Shown piece after piece: positions 26,531-40,852 of a DNA stretch of 64,000 nt. Source of the stretch: Octopus bimaculoides (lineage: Eukaryota); NCBI RefSeq assembly GCF_001194135.2, contig NC_068981.1, forward strand, positions 148,083,695 to 148,147,694, written 5' to 3'. The translations under genes were made by a program, and so were the position numbers. The notes beneath the pieces were generated by a model. It saw nothing but the letters and a program-made list of their open reading frames with translations, had not been told where the DNA came from and made no database searches. Within the stretch, counting starts at the first letter, position 1. Every line of letters begins with the position of its first letter.

Positions 26531-27661
26531 CTGGTGAAAGTTATCACCTCACTAAGAGATTTTCCACAATGTCATCCTAATGTTATGGCTACATGTCCTC
26601 TCCGTTACTAATCTTCAGGATGTGTTCATAGTTGAAGGACTTTCAGATTAAGTACCAGTTAAAATAGGATCATGCTTCCCTTCCAAAAGCTAGAAATTTC
26701 ATGAATAACACAAGTTTGTTGTTTGTCCCCCAACAATGCATGACAACTAGTGATGGTTTATGTCCCCATACCTTAGCGGTTCAGCAAAAGTGACTGATAG
26801 AATAAGGGTCATTTAAAATAAATACTGGGATCAATTTGTATGACTAAACCTTTAAGGCGTTTCACTGCTTGGCTGCAGTCCAATGATGGAAATAAGTAAA
26901 AGATTTTTAAAAAATTGGTTAGGATTTTGCTAAGTTTTGAGTTGTTGTATAATCTGATATTTCATATTGATAAAAACAGTGAAAAATGTTTCAGAAACCT
27001 CTGTTGAAGGAAGGGCAGTTGAGATTGAAACTCAAACTGAAATTCAATTCAATATAAAAAACACTTGTTTTTCATATGGATTTTAGTTTTAATTTGAATT
27101 TAAAATTTCGTTAAATTTAATTTTACAAATAGCACTCTGTATATAATACTTAATGTAGATATACTGTAGAAGTTACAAAACTGCAGTATTAGTCTCAAGA
27201 AAGCATCTTGTATAAATGTGTTTTGTTGTTTTCTATAATATACCCATGTCAAGTAAGATATACAGAATTCTATTTTGAACTAATACTACTTCCATCACAA
27301 ATCATGAATTTTTAAAAATATTTTCAGTACCAACTTCTCTCCATTTTGATGGAGGAAAACTTCTTCATTATCCAACACAAATTTTGTAAAAGATAAATAA
27401 ATAAATGAAAATTCTTGAATAAAATAAAATCATGGTATTTTTATTTTGAACATGTTTTTATGTATATCTTGAGACTAGCATAGATTCTATCCAGAGTCTG
27501 TAGTCTAAGAAGGTTATTGGTGCACTGTGAGAGACACAACTTCCCTTTTCTGTCTTTCCCAGTTATCAACCAACCAGGTACAAAATAATCTAGTAATGAT
27601 ATTGAGTCACTTACCATATAGTGCTTGGACAAACAGATGATGATGATGATCATCATCATCA

Positions 27662-28695
27662 TTTAACTCTTTTAAATCGGTTGACATAAATTTATGTACA
27701 CAATGTACATGATTTAAATTGGTCAATGTAATTATATGCCACCTTACTTAGAACCTGTCACCTGAGTTAGTACTGGTCCATCTGCCAGCTGATAGGCCGA
27801 TTAAATGTTTTATGTAAATATTTACAACCCGATAGGCTGGTTCTGCCACTCCAGCTCTGTCAGCTTCATCATCGTGTCCTATTTCATCGAATTTATGGTT
27901 GTCATCTTCTACCATTCCAACTCCATCAACTTTGTCATTGTGTCCTGCTTTGTCGAATTTACAGTCGTCGTGCAAAGTTCCACCATCTCACCAGTTGTTT
28001 CTTTTGGCTTGGATGATGATTCGGAGAGTGAGTATTTTCTTAGTTCAGAATCAGATGATTCCTATAGTGATGATAATATTCCGGTGAATCAAAGGTACAG
28101 GAGGGCAGCAGCGAATGGCCCTGGACAACAGAATGTTGTGTGACGAACGAGAGACAATTTCGTCCGACTGCATGGGTTTACTGGTATGCCTGGCAAAAAG
28201 ACAAACCTTGAACATGGAAGTTCTCCAATGGAAATCTATGAGTTTTTGATGGATGAAATGTTCCAATATATAGCAAAAGAAATGAATGACTATGCTGAAA
28301 ACCATCCCCAGCATGTCAGACCTGGGCATGGCATTGATTGGTTTCCAACCACAGGGAACAAAATCAAAGTTCTGCTTGCCCAGATGATACTGTTGGGCAT
28401 TGTGAAGAAACTGACCCTGGTGTCATATTGGAATTAGGATCAATAGAAACGATGCAATGTGATCGATTTTTGGCACATCTTCAAAATCTACATTTCAACT
28501 CGGGTGAGAACCACGATGACAGGCTGCACAAAATATGTCCTGCCATTGACGAAGTGGCTGAAAATTTCAGAACAGTATATGTCTGCATACAGGACATTTG
28601 TACAGATGAGTTTGTGGAAATTCAAGGGAAGGCTCCAATTCAAACAATACAACCCGACCAAATGTGCTCGCTTTGGAGTCAAGGTTTATAAAGTA
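27662..28695 (+). mobile_element. Decayed piggyBac (PGBD-type) transposase, cut off by a SINE at about 28700
   Basis: Acidic N-terminus (DDDSESEY..SDDSYSDD), then SPMEIYEFLMDEMF.YIAKEMNDYA, LGIVKK, DRFL.HL.NLHF, DDRLHKI.P.ID, ICTDE and KFKGRL.FKQYNP.K.ARFGVKVY across frameshifts. TTAACTCTTTT at about 27663 may be a degenerate TTAA-CCC end. Confidence 0.88.
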
Positions 28696-29196
28696 TGTGT
28701 ATATATATATATGTGTGTGTGTGTGCGTATTTGTGTCTGTTTGTCTCCCGTCATCGCTTGACATCGATGTTGGTGTGTTTACGTCTCCGTAACTTAGCAG
28801 TTCAGCAAAAGTGACTGATAGAATAAGTACTAGGCTTATAAAGAATAATTCCTGGGGTTGATTCGTTTGACTAAAGGCAGTGCTCTAGCATGGCCGCAGT
28901 CAAATGGCTGGAACAAGTAAAAGAATAAAAAAATATATATAATATATAAGGATAATCTATATAAGAATTTATCCAGTAGCCAGCGTGAAAAACCAGTTCA
29001 GGAAAAAATTAATGCAAAATATATAATTTTTCCCTTTAGATAAATAAATACTTTCATTATATTTAGGGCTACTATATAATGAATATATATATATATATAT
29101 ATAGTTCAAAAACACGATAACAAAAAAACAAAAAAACAACAAAGTGAGGACGTGATATGGATAGTATTATTGGACGCTCAGGAAAGGAAAGAGAGA

Positions 29197-29266
<70 letters not shown>

Positions 29267-32200
29267 TCAACTGTAAATGTCAATTTATAAATTTTGTATA
29301 TAAATTTTGGGGAATGACTGTGATAAGACATTACTGAAAATGAAGGTTTAGAAAAAAAAACTTCGCCATTTTTAAGTTCATTTTTCCCACTACTGTTTCC
29401 ACGGTGGTAATGGTCTTCTTTTATTCTTTTTTTTTTTTTTCAATTTATTTTGTTTTTACGCAAAGAAAATAATGACCTCTCCAGTGAGTGTGTATTTATA
29501 TTGAATTAATGAGGTTAGTCTGGAGTATCACATATCTATTAATGAGACTTTGGTGTCACTCCAGCCATTCCTTTCTGCCACTAACCAGCCCATTTATCAA
29601 AAATAGGACATGAACATTGCTAAGAACCTACTCAAATATGTCCAATAGTGCTTTTGATTACCTTCCCAACTTTAAGGCTGTTGATATCAACAATCTCTTG
29701 TATGTGTGCTTGTGGTTTCATATCTACTTGTGTATTTGGTTGCTTTCATGTGTATTCTTGTTATTTGTGTGTATATATCTGCAATTAGTTGTATATTTGT
29801 TGCATATCATTGGTAGTGTGTTAGGGTTGTGAGTACTATGTATATAATAGAAACAATTTGTATATTTATGTACATACATCCAGTGTTACTACATTTAAAA
29901 AAAAAAAAATTAAACAATGTTTTCTCAAATAAATCGGTAAATATTGAGAAAATGTTTGAAAAGATATGTTTTATTTCATTTTTATTTTTTACTAGAATCA
30001 AATTGGCATTAAAGTATTCTGGTTTTTTTTTCCTACCTAGTCTTAATACTCCAAGCAGGCAAACCAATAAGGATGCCTCTATGTTGTTCTCTCTCAACAA
30101 ACTAGAAATAGCAACCAAATTTCCTCTAAATCCACACACTACCAGTTTAAAAAAATAGAAGTGTATATTAGACAGACACACATACACACACAAATGTATA
30201 TATGTATATATATGTATAAAAACGAACAAGCAAAAAGTATAGAAAACCATGGTATAGATCTATTACCAGAGCTAAGCAACAGTACACCATAAAAGGATTG
30301 GTGTGCATAGCATAAACAGTCCAATAAATGCTTTCTTTCTCCTTAAGCAAATAGGTTGTGAATTAAGGGAGATTTGGTTGCTATTCTTCATACATCAAGA
30401 AATCACATTGACATTTTTTGTATGTTCATTCATATAATATATATCAACTTTGTTGAACACATCCTTATTTGAGCTATAATCATGGAAGTTGAAATAAATG
30501 TTCTTAGCAAGCTAATGAAGCTTGCGTTAATTTGCCTTAAGAGTACTGATTTACTGATTGGTGATAAGGAACATTTCAGTGTAAATTGTTCTTGAGCACT
30601 GCCACATGACAGTGCATATGACAAGGTACAAATCTCATAACTTCATATAGTTAATGGCCTTTGTAGACTTGGTTACCCACACACTCTATGTTCAATGCAC
30701 CTGCTTATAAAACTAGAAATAGCAGCCAAATATTCCTCAGATAAGATCCAACTCCTTGCAAATGGGTGGACATTTTGAATAATATAGCTCTGCGTATACA
30801 AAATGAAAGGGATGGTTACAACTGGAATGTTTTTTATTGAAGAGTTGATAAATGTCAACAGATGTCATGGAAATGCATAAGTTATAACTGTCAGCAGTGA
30901 GGGAAAAGTATGACTAACATCAACACATGACCAAAAAATAGTGTAAGGAATGGTCCAAGATCAAACTGGTACTTAAGTTATTGGCCATAACTGGATGAAA
31001 GGAAGCAAATTCAATATTCATAAAGTGAGGCAAGACTAAATACTGTTTCACATCTAAACAATTGTAACAGAAACTAGCACTCTGTCAGTAAACTTTAGTA
31101 TAAGCAATGGCTTATTGTTTCTGCTAGTTTTTCTCGATTCAGCTTTGTTAGCTAAGTCTGAAACTAAAACAAAATGTTTAACCAATTTTAGCAAGACTCT
31201 AACCCAAGCATGGGCAATGTTTTTCAAGAAATAGACCACATGAGACATGGCGCATCATCAGGAAGTATGCTACTAAAAAATTCAAGTTAAGTTTTCATTG
31301 GCATGCCATTCAGAAAGTTCTATGGTTCAGAGTTTGCCCATAACTGCTACAGTAGATTGGGTCAATAGCAGTGTCATTGAATGTTTCCTTGCTCTCAAAA
31401 GCTATATCCTCCAGAAGTTTGAACTTTGCACTGCAAACACCAATGAAACACTCTTTAATTTTCCAGTGTTGTAATTGCTTACAGAAAGGAGTTATCTATT
31501 TACAAATAAATGTAGTGAAATATAACAAAGTTAACACAGTGCAAGCAAGATGCAAACTAAGGACATCTTAGTCCCTATCTAGAATGCTAAAAATGTAGCC
31601 AATTCATGTACTTAATTTATATTCACATAAGTGATGATAAAAAAGCAGAAATCTAAATAGGATTTTAGAAAATAAAAAAGTAAAATAATTACTTTTATAA
31701 ACTAATTTACATTTAGATTCTTAACAGATAGCAAGTACTGCAATTAACTTGAAGACAATTGTTAATTAAAAATATTTTTTCTATGAAGGCTAACTACATC
31801 CACCTTTTTGTGATATAATGTGATTGTTTAACTCGGGTCAGCCTTAACCCTGTTAATCTACAATCAAAGGTACACCACGTTGACCATCATGTTTTTGTAC
31901 AACATGTCTATTAATAAGAATTAGGTGCCATTCCAGTCATTCCCTTCCAGCATCAACCAACCATTTATCAAAAACAGGATGTGAACATGACTAAGAACTT
32001 ATTCAAACATATCCCTCAGTTATGTGCTTTTGATTATTTCCCAAGTTCTTTTACAGGGCTTAGTAAAACTGAAGGACCATTGCAATAAGTGTGTGAATTT
32101 GAGAGGGGAATATGTTGAATAAAATCGTAATTAACTGATCATTCTGTATCTTTTTTTTTTTTACCCAAAGCCAGGAACTTTTCAGCACTCCCTCATATAT

Positions 32201-34464
32201 AGCCATTACTGTTCACTCTGATTCCCCACTAGTTGATGTCAAAGTGACAACTGAGCTACAATGGTACCATACTACATGTTACACACCCTCACTGAGTCAG
32301 GAGAGTAGTGGGAAAGAGCAAAAGAAACAAGTTGCCAACTAGGAATTACGAGCATTTAAAAAATTTGTGGGTGACAAAACATCCCATGTGACTAATGCAG
32401 GGTTAAGGCAGTTCATATCTACAATCTCTTCTCTCTTTGTGTGTGCGTGTATATATATATATATATATATATATCTTTATGTATACTTGTGTTTTGCCAT
32501 GTTCATGAGCATATGTGTGTGTGTATGATATTCTTCTTTGTGCATATTAATGCATGAGTATAACTGCAGTTAGTTGCATGTTTGTTGCATATTGTGAGTA
32601 GTGCTTTAGGATTGTGAGGAATGAATAGTGTATACATAACAAGAGACAATTATATACTATCAGGCAAGCATCAACAGCCACATTTTATATATTTTTTAAT
32701 GAAATTAAACATTTTTCCCTTCTCAGATAAACTAGCAACTATTGAGGAAAGAATTTCAAACTATATATTTAGTTCCCTGCCTTTTTTTTTTTGTTTCTTT
32801 TTAATAGAATTAAATTAGCATCAAATAGAAGTATATGACTTTGGTAAATGTTGCTTTCACATTTTTTTTTCTAGCCAGTCTTAGAATGAGCAAACAAGCC
32901 AATGAGGGGGTCTCTGTATAGTCTCTTAACCTGGTGGAAATAGCAACTAAAAAACTGGTTCATAAAGAAATGTAAGAATATATTGAATAATATAGGTGTT
33001 ACATATACTATTCAGGCATACTATTAGCAGATGAAAATAAGACATGATAGTCATGACTAGATTGTCTCTGATCATAGGTCTCTTGACTTAGGCATGATTT
33101 GGGTCTAAATGACCAATGACTTGAAGATGAGACAATGTTCTTGAACTTATTCCTCTTTTAAAAGCAAAAAGCTATTGAGATACAATTATTTTCCTGAATA
33201 GAACACAAGTGTATCATGGTTTTTGCTTATGATAAGATACAACTTGAATCAACATTGTAAGCTAAAAAAATGCTGCTCAATTATACTGTTTTCTGTCACA
33301 GGTGGAACACATGGCTTAGTGGTTACAGTATCTAGCTCATGATCATACAGTCATGAGTTTGATTCCCAGCAGCGCATTGTGTTCCTGAGCAAGACACTTT
33401 GTCATCACTGTATTCATAAATGAGATAAATTTAAGAGTTACCTAAAATAGAAAATATCTGTCATGTTTATACAATCTCACAGAGAGATTGTTATGACAGA
33501 TGTTTGCATCTTTTCTTATATATCTAGTAAGTATATTTAATTCATGAATGGAGAGATGGCTAAAATCTTTGGGTATACCCCATAATAATCTTCAGTATGA
33601 AAAACAAGCACTGCTGGCATGTCAGTAATTTATATGATAGGGTATTGAGGATTAAATCTTACACTATATAAGTTCCTTTCTATTTACATTCTGAAATGAA
33701 ATATCACCAGCTGAAGTTTGCATAATACGAGTAATAGGTGCAGGAGTGGCTGTGTGGTAAGTAGCTTGCTTACCAACCACATGGTTTTGGATTCAGTCCC
33801 ACTGCATGGCACCTCAGGCAAGTGTCTTCTACTATAGCCTCGAGCTGACCAAAGCCTTGTGAGTGGATTTGGTAGATGGAAACTGAAAGAAGCCTGTCAT
33901 ATACGTGTGTGTGTGTGTGTGTGTGTGTTTGTGTTTGTATTTGTCCACCCAGCATCGCTTGACAATTGGTAATTGGTGTGTCTACATCTCCCTAACTTAG
34001 TGGTTCAGCAAAAGAGAATGATAGAATAAGTACTAGGCTTACAAAGAATAAGTCCTGGGGTCAGTTTGCTTGACTAAAAGTGGTGCTCCAGCATGGCCAC
34101 AGTCAAATGACTGAAACAAATAAAAGAATATGAGTATTACCAACTGAGTTTTATCTCTCCAAGGATATGGAGTACAAATAATAGATTGGTGTTAATTTAA
34201 TTTGGTTAACTGTACTACTCTTTAACACAAAAATATTTTGTAAATTGAATCGTTTAAGTATTTAATGGCTGGGATGAATGCTCTTCTTCCTGATAGCTCA
34301 GTTGATCAATGAAAGCATTGTTGTTGCTTGAGCCAATGTTAGTCATAACTGAGTACATCTATGTATCAGTCAAATGTGTTCTAGTTGTGAGCAATCTGTC
34401 CTTCCCAACATCATTATCACCAGTACTACATCATGCATTTCTTGTAGTTACAGTGGCAGGGTCC

Positions 34465-34688
34465 AATTTAAGTAAAACTCTGCTGGTATTTCTTGTAGAT
34501 CTGAGTGACCACACAAATGCTTATTCCTTTACTTGTGTATTGAAGACACTGCTTAGCTCCAAGGAGACATTATTAGGGTTTAATTTAAGTGAAATTTTGC
34601 TGTTATTTCCGATAGATCTGAGTGACCACATAGATGTTCATTCATTTGCCTGTGTATTGAAGGCATTGTTTAGCTCTGAGGAGACATT
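34465..34688. repeat. 117-bp imperfect tandem duplication (about 2 copies)
   Basis: AATTTAAGT..AGATCTGAGTGACCACA..GGAGACATT recurs, starting at 34465 and 34582. Confidence 0.9.
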
Positions 34689-35074
34689 GTTGTTGTTGGC
34701 ACTCCATCGCTTACAACGTCGAGGGTTCCAGTTGATCTGATCAACGGAACAGCCTGCTTGTGAAATTAACGGGCAAGTGGCTGAGCACTCCACAGACACG
34801 TGTGCCCTTAACGTAATTCTCGGGGATATTCAGCATGACACAGTGTGACAAGGCTGACTCTTTGAATTACAGGCACAACAGAAACAGGAAGTAAGAGTGA
34901 GAGAAAGTTGTGGTGGAAGAGTACAGCAGGGTTCACCACTATCCCCTGCCAGAGCCTCGTGGAGCTTTAGGTGTTTTCGTTCAATAAACACTCACAACGC
35001 CCAGTCTGGGAATCGAAACCGCAATCCTATGACCACGAGTCCACTGCCCTAACCACTGGGCCATTGCGCCTCCA
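34689..35074 (-). mobile_element. Full-length tRNA-derived SINE family 4 with 13-bp TSD and (AAC)n tail
   Basis: CTGAGGAGACATT at 34676-34688 and 35075-35087. Head GGAGGCGCAATGGCCCAGTGGTTAGG (A box) and GGTTTCGATTCCC (B box). Confidence 0.92.
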
Positions 35075-36539
35075 CTGAGGAGACATTAAGGTAGTTTTAA
35101 TACATATCTAAATAATAAAAGAAATTAGATGGTCATGGCTGGAACACGTTTGATTATTGGTTTGTTCAATAAGAGCTGACTTCAAAGTGTTATTAGGGTA
35201 TGGGTAGTTAGAGCGGGGAAATATCAGCTGGTTCCCATTCTGTAACCTATATAAAGACGTTTATAAACCTGTTCATATTTTAATGTTTATTTCATAGATA
35301 TTCACGTATCCAGGTAACATTTCTTTTAACTACAATGTATATAAATTTTATAGTGCCATGCACTCTCCCCATTCAACAACCTCTTATTATCAGCATTCCC
35401 ATGCTTCTTTCTATTCAGTATGAGGAAGAATAAGTATGCTTCTATCATTCTGAATATACTTCTCCCTAATAACATTTCTGTGTGCTGTGGCACACTATCC
35501 TATAGTCCACAACACTGTCTGTGAAATGGATATCTAATACAATCAATTTGCTAAAAAATAGCAACCAAAACAGTCAAACCTCCATCAAATTATAACCCAC
35601 TGTCTTAAAAATAGACACTGAAGGATGTGACCCTGGGTACAATCTGGAAACAAAAGCAAGAAGCCTTTGGCCATAGATGTGCTTAATTGGTATTGACCTG
35701 GAGCTCTCTCTCCCACCAAAATACAAAATAAAGCAAAACAAGGAAACCTAGTTCCTCTGGTGTGGCTTGGTCATACTACAGTGCTTACATAAATATAATA
35801 TGTTAGTACTGGTATGTGCTTGTTAGTGCATGATGCGTTCAGAGTAGATAAAATCTGCCAACCATGTTGGAAGCCAGTGACAGTAAGCTAATGTTTATGA
35901 TTGCAGGGAAATTTCAATGTGATAGTAAAATAAGTCTTTAAGGCTGATAGATGTGTTTAATGTGTTCCATGGTGTATAAGCAAACACAAACTTGTCTGCT
36001 CTGATAGCTATTGTTAAGCTATTCTTACAATCTGTTGGCTTAATAGGTATTTAACATATTTAGTACACTGGTCATATTTAGCTTTTAGCATATTTAGTAA
36101 CATAAACTATATATAAACAAGCAGTGAGAAAAATATATCAATGAATAAAATATATTTTCTGTTTTTTTTTTGTTCTTTTTATTTTATGAGCATATGATAA
36201 CTCAAAGCATGTCTCTGCCTTTTTCTTGATTCCTCTTCTCTGTAGCTAGCCAAACAAGGATGAACACCTCATTAATTAGACAAACAGAAATATATATATT
36301 AGCCTCTGTGTGGTTGTTGTTGATTAGCTTTTGATCACTTTTGATTGAGTAAACTTGATCACAAGCATTGCGGTCATGACTGTTAACCCTTTTAGGGTTA
36401 TGTAGGAGAAAATTTTGCAGTGTCTCCTTTCCTTATTTAAGACGGTAGGGTATCAATTGAAGATATGACTGCTGTTTCTTGCAGAACAAGTGATCACATA
36501 GATTTTTCTGTCATTGGCCCATTTTGCCTCTCTGTGTGG

Positions 36540-36740
36540 TTGGTTGACTAGCTATAAATAGCAGCCAAATTTTCTCTCAAATCAACCTTGAGTGTTTGAA
36601 AAGAGAAAGGGTTGCTTGCACACTGCCTGATGAGAAAAGAAGAGAAAAAAGGAAAAGAAAAGACAGGTTTGTTACTACACTATTTAAATGCTTTTGGTTG
36701 AAAGTTGATTCACTCAGAGCTGACCTGGGTCTAAACAACG
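36540..36740 (+). mobile_element. Representative of an abundant (AAC)n-tailed retroposon, family 5 (other copies near 9480, 10100, 13750, 14200, 32900, 35550, 36320, 44400, 58740, 61150)
   Basis: Recurrent core (GCT)AGAAATAGCAGCCAAAT and 3' end GCTGACCTGGG(G/T)CTAAACAAC occur on both strands. Confidence 0.7.
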
Positions 36741-37397
36741 ACATCAGAAATATGTATTTGTTGGTGTGGGAATAGAGAACTGTTTAGAAACTGAATGATT
36801 CAGAGACATCATCTCCTCGACAAAATAAATTAATAATAAAATAAAATGAATAATGAAAAAAAGCAATGGATAAATGGGTGTTAGCGTATTTAATGCATTG
36901 ACCATTAAAATTTTAAATGTGAACTAATTATATAGTGAGAGAAGAAAAAAAAAACATTAGTTCATGACTAATGTTTTTCATTTTTCTTGAAAGTATATAA
37001 GATATGAGCAAGTCTATTTAGATAATATATACATTGAGTTGAATGTTTTTTTTCTTTTAATCATATCCTTTTATGAGATTCATTAGACTGTGACCAGGCT
37101 GGGACACTACCTTCAATAGTTTTACTCTATCATATCAACCCCAGTACTTATTTCAGTGTGGAACTTTATTAATCTTTAGTCATAGGCATGACTATGTGGT
37201 TCAAAAGTTTGCTTCCCAACCACATAGTTATGGGTTCAAACTCATTATGACACCTTGGGCAAGTGTTTTCGACTATAGCCACAGGCTGACAAAAGCCTAG
37301 TGAGTGAATTTGGTAGTTAGAAACTGAAAGAAGCCTGTCGTATGGGTGTAGATGTGCACGTGTGTGTGTGTGTGTGTATATATATATATGTATACAT

Positions 37398-37436
<39 letters not shown>

Positions 37437-37440
<4 letters not shown>

Positions 37441-37653
37441 GGGATGCTGAAAAGTTTCTTGGCTTTAAGGGTATTGTGAAAAGCCTGGCTGGAGGCTCAA
37501 CCTTGCAAGCTCTTTTACAGAGCTTAGAAAAACTGAAGGACCACTGCAATAAGTGTGTGAACCTGAGAGGGGAATATGTTGAATAAAATCATAATTAACT
37601 GATCCTCCTTGATTTTCTTTTACCCAAAGCCAGGAACTTTTCAGCACCCCCTT
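37437..37653 (+). mobile_element. Mariner-derived MITE inserted in the TA microsatellite of a SINE
   Basis: TIRs GAAGGGATGCTGAAAAGTT ... AACTTTTCAGCACCCCCTT; it is the reverse complement of the 62-279 copy. Confidence 0.8.
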
Positions 37654-38179
37654 GTGTGTGTGTGTGTCCTTGTTTTGACGTGTAATTGTTATGAATGAAT
37701 GTAACTCATTTTCAATGTCCTACAAAAGCATGTCTGGCCATGGGGAAACTTTGCCTTGTTTGGAAACAGGTGGGCAACAGGAAGGTCATCCAGCCATAGA
37801 AAATCTGTCTCAATAAACTCCATCCAACCCACACAAGCCTGAAAAAGTGAACATTAAAATGATATTTATCCATTTGCTAAGTTATGCTCTCATATAAAGT
37901 GGCATAACACTGGTTTAACCCAGTAAAACAGACACTTTTTTGTTTTCATTTTTGTGTCCATTTTTATTTTTCCAGCTTGGGTTCGATGAGACACATTGCG
38001 GTTGTATTCTGCAGCCAGATGTCCTTCTAGATGTCAGCCCTTGTGTTCAAATAATGGTTGGCATCAAGTAAGTAGTTTATTCCACATTTTTATGACACTG
38101 AACCCTGGGCTGCCAAAATGTAGGACAAAGTCATGTTACCACTGCTCAAGCTCCAATTCAAGGTCCAATCCTTTTTATG

Positions 38180-38535
38180 GTTTGGTGGCTTGTGTGCCAA
38201 CAGAGAGCAAGCTGTTGGTAGGGCCTCCCATGCTGGACAGGTTAAAGAATATAGACCAGACTAATATGAACCACTTCTTGCTAGAGGTAAAAATGGGGTT
38301 GCATTGGGCCTATACTCATACCTTGAAAAAAGCAGAGTTACAGAAGCATTGATGACAATTCAAACCAACAAGACTTGTAAGAAGAAAGCCTTGCCTCAAG
38401 GAAAGGTGGTATATGGAGGTAGAGCAGAAAAAGTAATGGAGGGAAGTATAAAAGACAACCCAGAGTCAAGAACAGGGGAGAAAAGTTGTTGATGGTCTAT
38501 GTTCCATAAGGAGTGAAGGGCTTAAGTAAGTACTG
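38180..38535 (+). mobile_element. Probable internally deleted RTE derivative (5'UTR-like part joined to ORF 3' end)
   Basis: GGGCCTCCCATGCTGGACAGGT...GGGGTTGCATTGGGC resembles RTE 5' ends. AAAGTTGTTGATGGTCTATGTTCC..CTTAAGTAAGTA reads KVVDGLCS..., like RTE C-termini with a TAAG tail. Confidence 0.45.
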
Positions 38536-39117
38536 CCCAAGCAATATCAATGTGAAGAGGTGAAGAAATTCACATATATATGTGTGTGTGGGCTATCATG
38601 GAAAAATGAAATTAAAATGAACAAACAATTATATATGATGCACTTTGGTACAGTTTGCTATCTACCAAATTTTTACTCTCATGTCAACCGGAACTGAGAA
38701 TAACACACTTTACCAAGATGACTTGTGTAGGATTGAACCTGAAATCATGTGGTTGCATAGCAAAAGTACTTTAAAGATTTCCACTAATTTTATTGATTAT
38801 CACCTTAAGTGCCTGAAGACCTTCCTTAGAAGCACCAGATTATCTTCTTTAACATGCAATATCTCTGCTAATATTCCAATCATTTTTTTTTTTGGTAATT
38901 TAATCTTTTATTCTTTTACTTGTTTCAGTCATTTGACTGTGGCCATGCTGGAGCACCACCTTTAGTTGAATAAATAAACCCCAGGACTTATTTTTTGTAA
39001 ACCTGGTACTTATTCTATCTGTATCTTTTGCTAAACCGCTAAGTTATGGGGACGTAAACGCACCAACATCAGTTGTCAAGTGATGGTGGTGGGGGGCAAT
39101 TACAGACACATGCACAT

Positions 39118-39155
<38 letters not shown>

Positions 39156-40622
39156 GATGCACTTTTTTCAGTTTCCGTCTACCAAATCCACTCGGCCTAA
39201 AGCTATAGTAGAAGACACTTGCCAAAGGTGCCATGCAGTGGGACTGAACCTGGAATGTCATTAGGAAGCAAGCTTCTTAACACACAGCCACACCTGCACC
39301 TAAATCGGTTTTTTTTTTTTTTTGTCTAGGATTAATGTGTCCATTTCTGGAAAATTCTCTACTTTTGCATGAGCCTTGATGAGAAATAACCAATTTAATC
39401 AATAATGATTTGTAACATTGGCACAAAGCTTAAAATTTATTGGAGGACAAGTATGATTGATTAGACTGACCCAACCTCTCCTCCAATATTTGAATAATCA
39501 TACATATTTTATAGACTTTTAATTAATAATCAAGCAAAATTGAATGTCTTTATTTCTAAAGCTTGGAGATTAACTGTAGCTCTGAAGATTATTTCAAGTA
39601 GGCTATTAAACTAATGTGATAATAGAAAACTGGTAAGTTTCTGAAGTAGACACGTAATAGGATGTTAGTCTTGTTGCTTAAATTACATAATAGATTGGGT
39701 GCAGTAAATTTAGTATAAATAATAGTAAGTCCTTCAACTGGTTGTTGTTTTTTAACCTAAAGTCATCCCTGATCTAGAATAATTAAAAACATTCCATGCA
39801 TGACTCTTTCATTCTAGGACTGTATTGTATAGTATGTCTTGTCATTTTTAAAACAATAGGATGTGGTTTGAAAGATAGAGAGAAGGAGAGAGAGCTGATT
39901 GTTATTTCTAGCTGGTCAAGTGACAATGTAGAGGTTCCCTTGATGGCTCCTTTATATTGTTGAGTAAACTCAGGTCTCAAAGTCTCAAGCAGTCTCATGG
40001 CACATTAGTAGTTAGCTGTATGAGGACGCACAACCTAACAATCAACTTCCTGGTTATAGTGTGTGTATGATGAATTATTATGCATTATCATATGAGATGC
40101 AGTACAGTCTGGAGGTTTTACTCTCTTTCTCTACTGTCCAATTTATTTCTGTATGCTTCCAGATTCCGATGATGGCCACAATGGAAGTGAATAAAATAAA
40201 TTTGGTCAGAGTGCAACAGTTACTATTGTTATATTTCGGCATGGTTATTTTCCTTTGCCAAATAAACACGTACACTATATATTCATTCTTCACTTGTTTA
40301 TTACTGTTCTTATCTGAAATTATTGTTGATGGTTTGTATCTTAGCACTGTGTTGGGACAAGTGAAGCTATTGATATTGCTACCACTTCACAAACATTCTT
40401 GTACCGATAAGAACAAAATCCACAAGGATCTAAACCATCATTGAAAAACATCAACTATAGTGGCTGGGGGTCATATAAAAAGGGTGCCAGACACAAGAAT
40501 GGCCATATAGATCTTTTGCTCTGAACTTATAAAGGTGCTAAAAATATGCAATTGTGACTACATCAAGAATATAATATTGTTATTCAATGTCCAGCGTAAC
40601 ACTGAAGATTATAAGAGGGTTA

Positions 40623-40852
40623 TCAACCCTTTTGATACCAACTTGCCTGAAACCATATTTGGCACCATAATACAAATTTACTGTTTTAAAGATATCTAAA
40701 TTAAAACCTTCCATCAAAATTTCATGCTAATTCATGTTCTAAACACCAGTTTAATAATGGCAATGTTATTTTCCTAAATTGTTCACTATTTTCAAAATTA
40801 ATTGTAATAAAGGTAATGTATTTCATCAGAAATATGGTAACAAGAGGGTTAA
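40623..40852. mobile_element. piggyBac-like MITE (family A)
   Basis: T(C)AACCCTTTTGATACCA ... TGGTAACAAGAGGGTTAA inverted ends. Confidence 0.75.

Noticed and set aside
34309-34740. 143-aa ORF with a 39-aa internal repeat
   Set aside because: It is explained by a 117-bp tandem duplication and runs into a SINE; I recognise no domain or splice support.
35020-35074. tRNA gene (also family 1 and family 3 heads)
   Set aside because: These are tRNA-like SINE heads continuing into SINE bodies, with no complete cloverleaf or T-run terminator.
40061-40444. 127-aa hydrophobic ORF and similar F/L/I-rich ORFs (16902, 18612, 29807)
   Set aside because: This composition is expected from AT-rich non-coding DNA; there is no recognisable homology.
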